Origin: Emiliania huxleyi CCMP1516
Taxonomy: Eukaryota
Assembly: GCF_000372725.1 (NCBI RefSeq)
Contig: NW_005201613.1
Location: forward strand, 92,290-156,289
Length of the DNA stretch: 64,000 nt
Direction: 5' to 3'
Positions 8,901 through 18,316 of the stretch are shown piece after piece; positions within the stretch are counted from its first letter, which is position 1, and the number at the start of each line of letters is the position of its first letter. The notes under the pieces are model-generated. The model was not told where the DNA came from. It was given only the letters and a program-made list of their open reading frames with translations, and did no database searches. The translations under genes and the position numbers were made by a program.

Positions 8901-11250
8901 CGCCGTCCGCGATCTTGCTGAGGTCCTTTAGCGCGTCGCCGGAGATGCACAGGGCGTGCCGCCAGAAGGTGCCATCCGTCGGGCGCCGCCCCGGCTTGCC
9001 GCGCACGATGGCCTTGGCGGCGTTGGCGCCGACGGATGCGCCGAGCGGCATCAGGTGGATGTTGAAGTCCTCCCCGAAGTAGATGGTCTGCCCGGAGGGG
9101 TAGTTGAAGCGTGGTGGGCAGAGGTCGAAGCGGACCACGATGTTCTGCGCCTTGCACTCCTTGACGCTGACGAGAGGCATGGCGAGTCCGGGCGCGTACA
9201 GCGCGTTCACCCACTCGGTGTTCACAACCTTGGTGTCCTGCGGCTTGGTCGGGTCAGCCAGCGCGAAGGCGTACGCGGTGCCGACGCCCTTCGCCTTGAG
9301 GTAGTCGTTGTTTGCGCAGCGGATGTAGATGGGCTTCTCGGGCTCGCGCCACCCGTGAGGGAAGTAGTCGGGCGTCGGGAACATGTTCATGCCCGCCTTG
9401 GAGTCGACGCCAGCGGCATACGATCCCGGCATGTTCACACCGGCGGTCGTGTCGTACGCGTCGACGACCTTGACATGCCCGACAAGCGCGTGTGCCTGCA
9501 TCGCGTCCATGCGCGCCACGTACATGGCGAGCATGATGCACGTGTACGAGAGGACGAGCGGGACCGTCTTGGGCACGTCGATGTCATTCACCGCGCGGAA
9601 CATGTCGCCCGCGACCTTGCGGTAGATCGGCTGGAGCGGGTCCTCCTCGATGGCGTACTCTGCTCCGCCACCTGAGCCAGTCGCCGGCCCGGTGGACAGC
9701 TCGAGGGGTAGTGCGGTGACGGACTCGACCATCACGCCCATGTTCGAGGGCTCGTCCACGGCGTCGGCCACAGGCGTGCCGATCGAGGCAGGCGAGCCCA
9801 TGTAGACCGGGATGAGGCACGCGAGCAGGACGAGTAGGATGGAAGCGCCGATGTACGGGCGAGGCAGCGCGGTGACGAACGAGGTGAACTTGACCCACAG
9901 CCCGCCGCGCGCCCGTGCCTCCGCCGCATTGCGCGCCGCCGTCTTGGCCTTGAGGATGGCGGGCGTGTCGGTGGGGTTGGAGTCGGGGAAGGTGTCCTCG
10001 ACCTGGTCGGTGTCGACGCCAGCGACAAAGCCGCCGACGATGCCGTCCGGGTCGAACGTGCGGGTGACAGAGTCGGCCAGCGCCGCCCGCACCTCCTCGT
10101 GGTCGGTCGCGGTGGAGTCCGACTTCTTGAAGGGGTCGTGCGGGAGGATGCGGCCGGGGGACTTGGCGCACACCTTCTTGTACGAGGACTGGGCCATGCG
10201 CACCTTCGTCTCGTGGTCGATGCGGTCGGGGAGTTCCTCGAGCACCTTGGCGACAGGGACCCCCTTGCAGATGAGGTCGCCGATGCACTTGCCACCGTGC
10301 AACCCATTGCAGTGGGGGCACGGCTTGCGCCCAGCGGCTGCGCGGCCGCCGCGGTCCCCGCCGCCCTTGTCGGACTTGATCTGCGCCTGGAGAGCGGCGA
10401 CTTGGGACTCGGCGGCCGCGAGCTTCTCCTTGAGCGCGCCTTGCGAGGCAATCTCCGCCTCGAACGCCGCCTGCGCAGCCGCCTTGGCCTCGTTGGCGCG
10501 GTCCGCGTTGTCTTGGTCGAGGATGCCCTGCATCGCGAGCGTGGACGCCTTGAGGCCGTACGTCTTGCCCGCTTGCGCGGCGAGTTGGCGCTGCATGCCG
10601 ATCTGCACGCGCATGTTTGCGCCGAGCGTGGCCCCCTTGGCGGCGATCGCGTCGAGGATGTATTCCTCGATCACCTCGTCGGGGAGGTGCCACTGGGAGC
10701 CCTTGAGCAACTTGTTCGCCTGCTCGATGCCCGTCTTGAACTTGGCGAGGCTCGCGGACGTGAGGTCCTTGAGAGCGTCGGGGGAGTACGCCTTCTCGAG
10801 ATCCGCGCGCAGCGCCTTCGTGCGCACGTTCTTGGAGTTCGTGTCCTCCGACTCGATGAGCGACTTGATCGCCGCGATGCCCTTCTTGATGTCGTCGTAG
10901 TGGTCGGCGTCCTCGTCCGCCAACATCTCGGCCAGCGTGTCGTCGTCCTTGACGGCGTTCTGCAGCGCACCGTAGAGTTGGCGCGACAGAGTCACCGCCA
11001 GGTCCCCGAAGTACTTGTCGATGGTGGCCGGGATGAGGCCGTCCGCAGTGCCGATGTTCTTGTAGCGCACGTGCAGCGCGACCGCCTCGGCCTCGCGCTC
11101 CGCGCCCGGCCGGATGATGCCCGCCTCGATGATGTCGAGGAGGTACTTGTGTTGCTTCGCCGCGGTCCGCAGGTTGCGGAACCACTCGTTGAACTCCCGC
11201 TCGGAGCTCTGTTTGTAGGCCGGAATCACCAGCTTGTCCGTCGACGACAT
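5986..11250 (-). CDS. Copia Gag-Pol polyprotein (~1754 aa)
   Basis: Zn knuckle CPHCNGLHGGKC; protease-like VDSKAGMNM; integrase HYDLW..CDNE..PYEPWQNGACERAN; RT IYVDD; RNase H SDANW..IDN..KHI..ADFFTKPL. First ATG at 11250. Confidence 0.97.
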   Translation of the reverse strand: MSSTDKLVIPAYKQSSEREFNEWFRNLRTAAKQHKYLLDIIEAGIIRPGAEREAEAVALHVRYKNIGTADGLIPATIDKYFGDLAVTLSRQLYGALQNAVKDDDTLAEMLADEDADHYDDIKKGIAAIKSLIESEDTNSKNVRTKALRADLEKAYSPDALKDLTSASLAKFKTGIEQANKLLKGSQWHLPDEVIEEYILDAIAAKGATLGANMRVQIGMQRQLAAQAGKTYGLKASTLAMQGILDQDNADRANEAKAAAQAAFEAEIASQGALKEKLAAAESQVAALQAQIKSDKGGGDRGGRAAAGRKPCPHCNGLHGGKCIGDLICKGVPVAKVLEELPDRIDHETKVRMAQSSYKKVCAKSPGRILPHDPFKKSDSTATDHEEVRAALADSVTRTFDPDGIVGGFVAGVDTDQVEDTFPDSNPTDTPAILKAKTAARNAAEARARGGLWVKFTSFVTALPRPYIGASILLVLLACLIPVYMGSPASIGTPVADAVDEPSNMGVMVESVTALPLELSTGPATGSGGGAEYAIEEDPLQPIYRKVAGDMFRAVNDIDVPKTVPLVLSYTCIMLAMYVARMDAMQAHALVGHVKVVDAYDTTAGVNMPGSYAAGVDSKAGMNMFPTPDYFPHGWREPEKPIYIRCANNDYLKAKGVGTAYAFALADPTKPQDTKVVNTEWVNALYAPGLAMPLVSVKECKAQNIVVRFDLCPPRFNYPSGQTIYFGEDFNIHLMPLGASVGANAAKAIVRGKPGRRPTDGTFWRHALCISGDALKDLSKIADGVPDLSKMDRNEGLDDAALQANAKYHARRSTGRPLATRFGGSSHYDLWSPKGVVGVDGHCYALMVVDEHTSTITPYILQTKGQTPAYLRKYFAENEGKDGHTFRGGVAFCDNEVVLNSSAVRELCLKYGITLRNSCPYEPWQNGACERANATCGRIVREMMARAGGHGAAQLYQYWGYAWVYAATIANATFAVRDTGKSAYELKTGQRPKMNMFYPWACKMIVKSPPHLVANGVSPTGEMAAFLGISRTSPGWKYVITEGPRKGHIGTTTQATFCVNELWNGIEYRAPTSDLTPTDIEGAWPEPVTADETPDESDKATLDNNVTRGDSVFLPTTDNHAGGLTLDEEVVIMPDPANDGNVNPPAAGAPAPRTTRSRGGVSTGEYNNMLNARLAANATPFGIWAAAAAASPSSSVYRNTTDQCVAYMSSVDGQVMPMPDNIVPKHYKDIANIRDPKLRDAWYKAYDTEFLGLIQNGTLKPMRRPAKVRVLPLKEIASRKSDGRCKWRGCVMGNLMRPGVDFTKTFASVVRYGTTRTVLNVAAQEDMELITCDQPMAYTWAERGEGETWYCEMPKGLKGKPEYCYIDPITGEEKDMVCEVGNLYGAPSAGNAWWNHVKSINKAFPGLVQSEADPSCFVLTRNSTKLIVVIYVDDFGIFHSGTTAGRALAHEYIEHFNKHVGKPLKVHEGKVHEFLGLNITKTQTGFKLSASKYIDTLRARFFPSGVTHAGYKVPADKDLPSIVISAAEKKTAPDPQLLQRCQCLIGSLMFATNARPDIQYTVSQLARCMAWPDANIEAAAERCLIYLIGTQDLGLHYERVADPKLFGCSDANWCTRQSTSGCAFKIGTAIISYFSKKQGHISLSTFEAEISAGTLAACEAVHLRSLLASLGYKPKGPTIIKIDNTAALRVAEDPVMHDKTKHILRKELKIRELVESGEVKVEYVESLKNFADFFTKPLPRKEFESFRKEIMNDTA

Positions 11251-11276
11251 GTTGTCGTAATGTCCCGGGGATCGTT

Positions 11277-11291
11277 GCCCCGCCGCCACCA
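11277..11291 (-). promoter_or_regulatory. Primer binding site
   Basis: TGGTGGCGGCGGGGC begins 2 nt inside the 5' LTR end; TGG is complementary to tRNA CCA. Confidence 0.85.
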
Positions 11292-11293
11292 AC

Positions 11294-11578
11294 TGTGAAG
11301 GTCTTCAGTGACCACTCACAAGCTGTTCCAAGGCCCGACAGAAATGTACTGTCAAAACTTTGTTCAAACAAAAGTACTGGCCCGCGGCCCCCACACCCAC
11401 AATGACTATCAATCCAGGCTGCGGGTGAAGGGCAAAACCGCGCCGCTGCAGAACGGTTTTTGCAAAACCGCGCCGCAGCGGTACGAAACTGCGCAGATGC
11501 AGTCCAGGGGTGGTAAGGACACTATGTGTGTGTGTGTGGCCGTAGACTAGACGGCTGCGCGGTCGTCGGTCTTCAACA
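11294..11578 (-). repeat. 5' LTR of intact copia element
   Basis: 285 bp; no difference from 5490-5774 seen by eye. Confidence 0.97.
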
Positions 11579-13572
11579 CGGGAAGAAGCGCGCGCGCAGC
11601 GTGTCGATGTACTTGCTGGCAGACAGCTTGAAACCGGTCTGCGTCTTGGTGATGTTGAGCCCGAGGAACTCGTGCACCTTTCCCTCGTGGACCTTGAGCG
11701 GCTTGCCGACGTGCTTGTTGAAGTGCTCGATGAGGTAGTCGTTGTTTGCGCAGCGGATGTAGATGGGCTTCTCGGGCTCGCGCCACCCGTGAGGGAAGAA
11801 GTCGGGCGTCGGGAACATGTTCATGCCCGCCTTGGAGTCGACGCCAGCGGCATACGATCCCGGCATGTTCACACCGGCGGTCGTGTCGTACGCGTCGACG
11901 ACCTTGACATGCCCGACAAGCGCGTGTGCCTGCATCGCGTCCATGCGCGCCACGTACATGGCGAGCATGATGCACGTGTACGAGAGGACGAGCGGGACCG
12001 TCTTGGGCGCGTCGATGTTATTCACCGCGCGGAACATGTCGCCCGCGACCTTGCGGTAGATCGGCTGGAGCGGGTCCTCCTCGATGGCGTACTCTGCTCC
12101 GCCACCTGAGCCAGTCGCCGGCCCGGTGGACAGCTCGAGGGGTAGTGCGGTGACGGACTCGACCATCACGCCCATGTTCGAGGGCTCGTCCACGGCGTCG
12201 GCCACAGGCGTGCCGATCGAGGCAGGCGAGCCCATGTAGACCGGGATGAGGCACGCGAGCAGGACGAGTAGGATGGAAGCGCCGATGTACGGGCGAGGCA
12301 GCGCGGTGACGAACGAGGTGAACTTGACCCACAGCCCGCCGCGCGCCCGTGCCTCCGCCGCATTGCGCGCCGCCGTCTTGGCCTTGAGGATGGCGAGCGT
12401 GTCGGTGGGGTTGGAGTCGGGGAAGGTGTCCTCGACCTGGTCGGTGCCGACGCCAGCGACAAAGCCGCCGACGATGCCGTCCGGGTCGAACGTGCGGGTG
12501 ACAGAGTCGGCCAGCGCCGCCCGCACCTCCTCGTGGTTGGCCGCGGTGGAGTCCGACTTCTTGGCGAAGGGGTCTTGCGGGAGGGTGCGGCCGGGGGACT
12601 TGGCGCACACCTTCTTGTACGAGGACTGGGCCATGCGCACCTTCGCCTCGTGGTCGATGCGGTCGGGGAGTTCCTCGAGCACCTTGGCGACAGGGACCCC
12701 CTTGCAGATGAGGTCGCCGATGCACTTGCCACCGTGCAACCCGCCGCAGTGTGGGCACGGCTTGCGCCCACCGGCTACGCGGCCGCCGCGGTCCCCGCCG
12801 CCCTTGTCGGACTTGATCTGCGCCTGGAGAGCGGCGACCTGGGACTCGGCGGCCGCGAGCTTCTCCTTGAGCACGCCTTGCGAGGCAATCTCCGCCTCGA
12901 ACGCCGCCTGCGCAGCCGCCTTGGCCTCGTTGGCGCGGTCCGCGTTGTCTTGGTCGAGGATGCCCTGCATCGCGAGCGTGGACGCCTTGAGGCCGTACGT
13001 CTTGCCCGATTGCGCGGCGAGTTGGCGCTGCATGCCGATCTGCACGCGCATGTTTGCGCCGAGCGTGGCCCCCTTGGCGGCGATCGCGTCGAGGATGTAT
13101 TCCTCGATCACCTCGTCGGGGAGGTGCCACTGGGAGCCCTTGAGGAACTTGTTCGCCAGCTCGATGCCCGTCTTGAACTTGGCGAGGCTCGCGGACGTGA
13201 GGTCCTTGAGAGCGTCGGGGGAGTACGCCTTCTCGAGATCCGCGCGCAGCGCCTTCGTGCGCACGTTCTTGGAGTTCGTGTCCTCCGACTCGATGAGCGA
13301 CTTGATCGCCGCGATGCCCTTCTTGATGTCGTCGTAGTGGTCGGCGTCCTCGTCCGCCAACATCTCGGCCAGCGTGTCGTCGTCCTTGACGGCGTTCTGC
13401 AGCGCACCGTAGAGTTGGCGCGACAGAGTCACCGCCAGGTCCCCGAAGTACTTGTCGATGATGGCCGGGATGAGACCGTCCGCAGTGCCGATGTTCTTGT
13501 AGCGCACGTGCAGCGCGACCGCCTCGGCCTCGCGCTCCGCGCCCGGCCGGATGGTGCCCACCTCGATGATGT

Positions 13573-13796
13573 CTTACCACCCCTGGACTGCATCTGCGCA
13601 GTTTCGTACCGCTGCGGCGCGGTTTTGCAAAAACCGTTCTGCAGCGGCGCGGTTTTGCCCTTCACCCGCAGCCTGGATTGATAGTCATTGTGGGTGTGGG
13701 GGCCGCGGGCCAGGACTTTTGTTTGAACAAAGTTTTGACAGTACATTTCTGTCGGGCCTTGGAACAGCTTGTGAGTGGTCACTGAAGACCTTCACA
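13573..13796 (+). repeat. Inverted, truncated LTR (224 bp)
   Basis: Reverse complement of 11294-11517. Carries the host-type SNP (ccaggacttt) and is followed by GTTG, as at the normal LTR-PBS junction. Confidence 0.93.
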
Positions 13797-14766
13797 GTTG
13801 CGGAGGGTGATGCCGTACTTGAGGCAGAGTTCGCGCACGGCGCTGGAGTTGAGGACGACCTCGTTGTCGCAGAACGCAACCCCTCCGCGGAACGTGTGGC
13901 CGTCCTTTCCCTCGTTCTCGGCGAAGTACTTGCGCAGGTAGGCAGGCGTCTGGCCCTTGGTCTGCAGGATGTACGGCGTGATGGTGCTGGTGTGCTCGTC
14001 GACGACCATGAGTGCGTAGCGGTGCCCATCGACGCCTACCACACCCTTGGGCGACCAGAGGTCGTAGTGCGACGAGCCTCCGAAGCGAGTGGCCAGTGGC
14101 CGGCCGGTGCTGCGCCGCGCGTGGTACTTGGCGTTCGCCTGCAGCGCGGCGTCGTCGAGGCCCTCGTTGCGGTCCATCTTGGAGAGGTCTGGCACGCCGT
14201 CCGCGATCTTGCTGAGGTCCTTTAGCGCGTCGCCGGAGATGCACAGGGCGTGCCGCCAGAAGGTGCCATCCGTCGGGCGCCGCCCCGGCTTGCCGCGCAC
14301 GATGGCCTTGGCGGCGTTGGCGCCGACGGATGCGCCGAGCGGCATCAGGTGGATGTTGAAGTCCTCCCCGAAGTAGATGGTCTGCCCGGAGGGGTAGTTG
14401 AGGCGTGGTGGGCAGAGGTCGAAGCGGACCACGATGTTCTGCGCCTTGCACTCCTTGACGCTGACGAGAGGCATGGCGAGTCCGGGCGCGTACAGCGCGT
14501 TCACCCACTCGGTGTTCACAACCTTGGTGTCCTGCGGCTTGGTCGGGTCAGCCAGCGCGAAGGCGTACGCGGTGCCGACGCCCTTCGCCTTGAGGTAGTC
14601 GTTGTTTGCGCAGCGGATGTAGATGGGCTTCTCGGGCTCGCGCCACCCGTGAGGGAAGAAGTCGGGCGTCGGGAACATGTTCATGCCCGCCTTGGAGTCG
14701 ACGCCAGCGGCATACGATCCCGGCATGTTCACACCGGCGGTCGTGTCGTACGCGTCGACGACCTTG
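13797..14766 (-). mobile_element. Copia internal fragment (protease to integrase core)
   Basis: Matches ~8503-9472 of the intact element, with host-type variants PDFF and LNYP. Confidence 0.92.
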
Positions 14767-15209
14767 GACGGGCACGTCAACGGCGCAGGCGCCGGCTTTC
14801 GCGTGGTCCGTGGACGCGTCCGCGCCTCCGCGAATCTCAGCGTGAATGAGTTCCGCTCTATTGCAATGGCAATGCATTTTAAGATGTGGGTGGCGGTACA
14901 CGGCGCACCGAAATACCTAGCACCATGACGATGTTAGTTGACACCCCGCTGAGCGCTGTTCAAGATAGATGGACTCCTCCTTCATTTTACATACACGTGT
15001 ATGCACGTATGTGGCTCTTAAAGTCTTACGAACATACCCTTCCCGGCGGTTTGGCTGTAGAGCCTCTGCAACAAACTCTACATCGCTCTACATCGCGCAC
15101 ATCGCACGACATCGAGGCTCCGCTGTGAATCTCAGCCAAGCGGCGTCCGTCTCTCTCGTTGTGGTCGTGGCGCAACCTCGACAACCTAAACCTCGACACA
15201 GTGGAGTAT

Positions 15210-16769
15210 ATGCCGTCCGCCTCGCTAGCCCTGCTCATGGCTGCGCTCCTGCCGCGCCCGCCGGCCGTGGTGCTGCGCCGGCCACGCCACTGTGCCGCCA
15301 TCGCCACGCGCGGCCCTCGGGCGATGGACTCGGGAGCGTGTTCGCCTCCTGCCGGCTTCCAGCCTCCTGCCGGCTTCCAGCCGGCAGAGGAGGCTGCCAG
15401 CGCACCCCAGCCGGAGGGTCCTCCGCCGCTTCCGGCACGCCGCCGCTGGCCCCGTCGCCTCCTTGCTGCAGTCGCGGCCACGCTCGCCCTCGTCCTCTCC
15501 GCGTCGCGCCCGCTCCTTCGCCGCGCGTACAATGCGCGGGGCGCGCTCGGGCCGACCTTTGCGGCGTGGGCGAGCATGCTGCAGATGCCCCGCTTTGCGT
15601 CGCCGCGCGCGGCCGGCATGCTCCTCCTCGCCGCGGCGCCCATGCTGCCCACCGCTTTGCGGCGACTGATGCACACCCTCCACCTCGCGACCGAGGTCGC
15701 CAAGCAGGGCCTTGCCAGCGACTACCGCCGCTATGCCTACAAAGAGTCGTTCCTCGAGGCGCCGCAGCGGCCGCTCGAGTTCGCATCGTGGGCGCTCGCC
15801 CTCCTGTACGCTGTGCCGCTGCTCGCGCCCGCAGAGCTGCTCACCGCGCCAGTCACGGGCGGGCTCGCCGCGGCGCGCCGCGGCACCGTGCAAGTGGCCG
15901 CGTTCTGGACGGCGCTCAAGCTCGTCCAAAAGTGGGAGGCGCGGTACGGCGCGACCGAGGACCAGCGCGCGGTCGCAACCTCGGTGATGGGGCTCGGGGA
16001 CCGCGCCTTCACCGGCCTGATGAAGGGCGAGCGCGCTTCGGTCGAGCAGGCACGCGCTAACGCCCTCGCCAAGGTGCTCTCGCTGCTGGTCTGGATCAGC
16101 GCGGCGCTATCCGCCCTCTCGACGCTCGGCGTGAACGTGCGCGCGGTGCTCACCTTCTCCGGCGTGGGAGGCGTGGTGCTCGGCCTCGCCGGGCGCGAGA
16201 TGATCGCCAACTTCATCGGCGGCGTCACCATCTACCTCTCGCAGCCTTTTTCGGTGGGCGACTGGATTCACTCGGAGCGGAGGCAGGACGGCACCTCCTC
16301 GCTCGACGGCTGGGTCGAGCAGATCGGCTGGTACTACACAAAGGTGAACACGTGGGACAAGCGGCCGATGTACGTGCCCAACTCCTCCTTCTACACGATG
16401 GTCATCATCAACGCGAGCCGCATGTCGAACCGTCGCATCCTGCAGACGCTCAAGCTGCGCATGAGCGACTCGGCCAAGGTTCCCGCCATCGTGAGCGAGA
16501 TCAAGGAGCTGCTCCTCGCCCACGAGCAGCTCGACCCGCGGCAGCATCGCCTCGTCTTCTTCCGCGAGATCGGCCCGTACTCGCTCGACGTCTGGCTCTC
16601 GTGCTTCACAAAGTCCGTCTTCCTCACCGACTACCTGGCCACGCAGCAGGAGCTGCTCGTCGCCATCGAGCGCATCCTCGACAAGTACGGCGCGCGATTC
16701 GCCTCGGCAAACACGCGCGAGCAGGTCTGGCTGAGCGAGCAGCCCGAGCAAGCCGCCGCCGCCGCAGCA

Positions 16770-16800
<31 letters not shown>

Positions 16801-18203
16801 ACGCCGCCAGCAACGCCGCCGCGGGCGCGGGCGGCGGCCTTCGCTTCCCGGCGCTGCTGGCGGAGCTGGATCTCGAGCGCAGCGGCGAGCCGCTGCGGGC
16901 GTCGGGGCGAGCGCAGTCGTGGTCGGCGGCGGCGGCGGCGGGCGCCGTCGATACGACGACAGTGGACGCGAGGTCGACGGCGCCGCCGGAGGGCTTCGCG
17001 TCGTCGGAGGAGCTCGGGGAGGGCGGCAGGTCCCCGCGGGGCCGAGAGCTGCCTCGAGACCTTGCGCCGGCGGAGCCGTCTCCGCGGGCGGCGGCGGCGG
17101 AGGGCGGGGAGGGCAAGCCTGTGCTTGACACCAAGGGGACGCTGATGAGCGAGGCGTCCGACGCGCTGGACGCGACGCTAGAGGCGCGCAACGCGATTGC
17201 GGCGCGGCAGGCGGCGCTCGCCGAGGCGGAGGCCGCCCTCGAGAGATCGCGCGCCGCGCTCGTCGAGAAGGCGGAGGCGGTGCGCGAGGAGGAGAAGGCC
17301 GCGCGCGCCGCCCAGCGTGCAGCGGCGCAGCGCGAGAACGCCGTCAAGGCGCGCGAGGCGGCGCTCAAGAAGGAGCTGGAGCGGAGGCTCGGCTGGACGG
17401 ATGAGGAGCGCGACCGGCAGCGCGAGGAGGACGAGAGGGAGGCGGCGGCGCGCGAGGAGGCGGCGGCGGTCAAGGCGCGCGAGGTTGCCACGCTGCGCAA
17501 GGAGCGGTCGGTGCGGCGGCAGGAGGAGAACGTCGAGGCGGCGGCGGCGGCGCTCGAGGAGAAGGAGGCGGCGCTGCGGCAGCAGGAGGAGGCCATCTCG
17601 GCAGAGGCCAAGCTGGTGCAGAGCGTGAAGGAGGTCCGAGACGCCTCCTCTCCCCTCCCCCTCCCTCTCTTGCTCCCCCTCGTGCTCCCGCCGAGAGGGC
17701 GTGCTTGCGCAGGTCCGCGACGCGTCCGCGACGCACTGTAGGTGATGCGCGAGGAGGCGAGCATCATCGAGGCGCAGGCGGACATGATCGAGGCGGCGCT
17801 CAGCGAGGCGGAGGCGCTCGAGAAGCTCACGCTCGACGCCGCTGAGGACGCCGCCACGGCGGCCGCCGCCGCAGCCACCACATCCGCTGCGGCAGCCGCC
17901 GCCGCCGCCGCCGATAGCAATCAGCTCGACGCCGACGAGGGCGACGAGGCGAGCCTCGCGATCGAAGGCGGAGGGCCGCTGGAGGTCCCGCCTCCCCCGG
18001 CGGCGGTGGCGGCGCGACAGGCCGGTGAGGAGGGGGGAGCGGACGCGGAGGGCGCAGACGGGGAGGCGGACGCCGCCGAGGACGCCGACATGAGCGACTT
18101 GACAGGGGGCGATGCAGCGGCGGACGACGACGCGCCCTACGCGGAGGAGGAGGCGGCGGCGGCGGTGCGAGAAGAATATGAGCGCACTCAGATGGGCGAC
18201 TAA
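15210..18203 (+). CDS. MscS-like mechanosensitive channel with long coiled-coil/acidic C-terminus, probably plastid-targeted
   Basis: GVGGVVLGLAGREMIANFIGG..PFSVGDWI..GWVEQIGWYYT..YVPNSSF are MscS motifs. N-terminal hydrophobic plus Arg-rich leader. Predicted GT-AG intron 17634-17741 restores frame into 17742-18203. Confidence 0.9.
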
Positions 18204-18316
18204 GAAATCAACGAGCCATTAATCAACGAGCCGCAGAACGGTATACGGCTGGGTCCCATATAAGCTCAAAAAGGGGGCTGCGCGCGCGCACGTCATGTGT
18301 CAAAGGTCAAAACTCA

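Larger units (their letters stand above)
5490..11578 (-). mobile_element. Intact Ty1/copia LTR retrotransposon (6089 bp)
   Basis: Two identical-looking 285-bp LTRs, PBS, PPT, single gag-pol ORF in PR-IN-RT-RH order, 5-bp TSD CGGGA at 5485-5489 and 11579-11583. Confidence 0.98.
4230..13572 (-). mobile_element. Older host copia copy, interrupted by a nested insertion and internally deleted
   Basis: 3' LTR + PPT + RNase H/RT end (4515-5489) continues at 11579 across the TSD. In-frame deletion junction at ~11731 joins the protease region to late RT. gag runs to 13572 and is 5'-truncated. Confidence 0.9.

Noticed and set aside
6838..11371. Long overlapping Arg/Ala/Gly-rich ORFs in other frames (here and window-wide)
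   Set aside because: Expected shadow ORFs of high-GC3 coding sequence, with no independent motifs.
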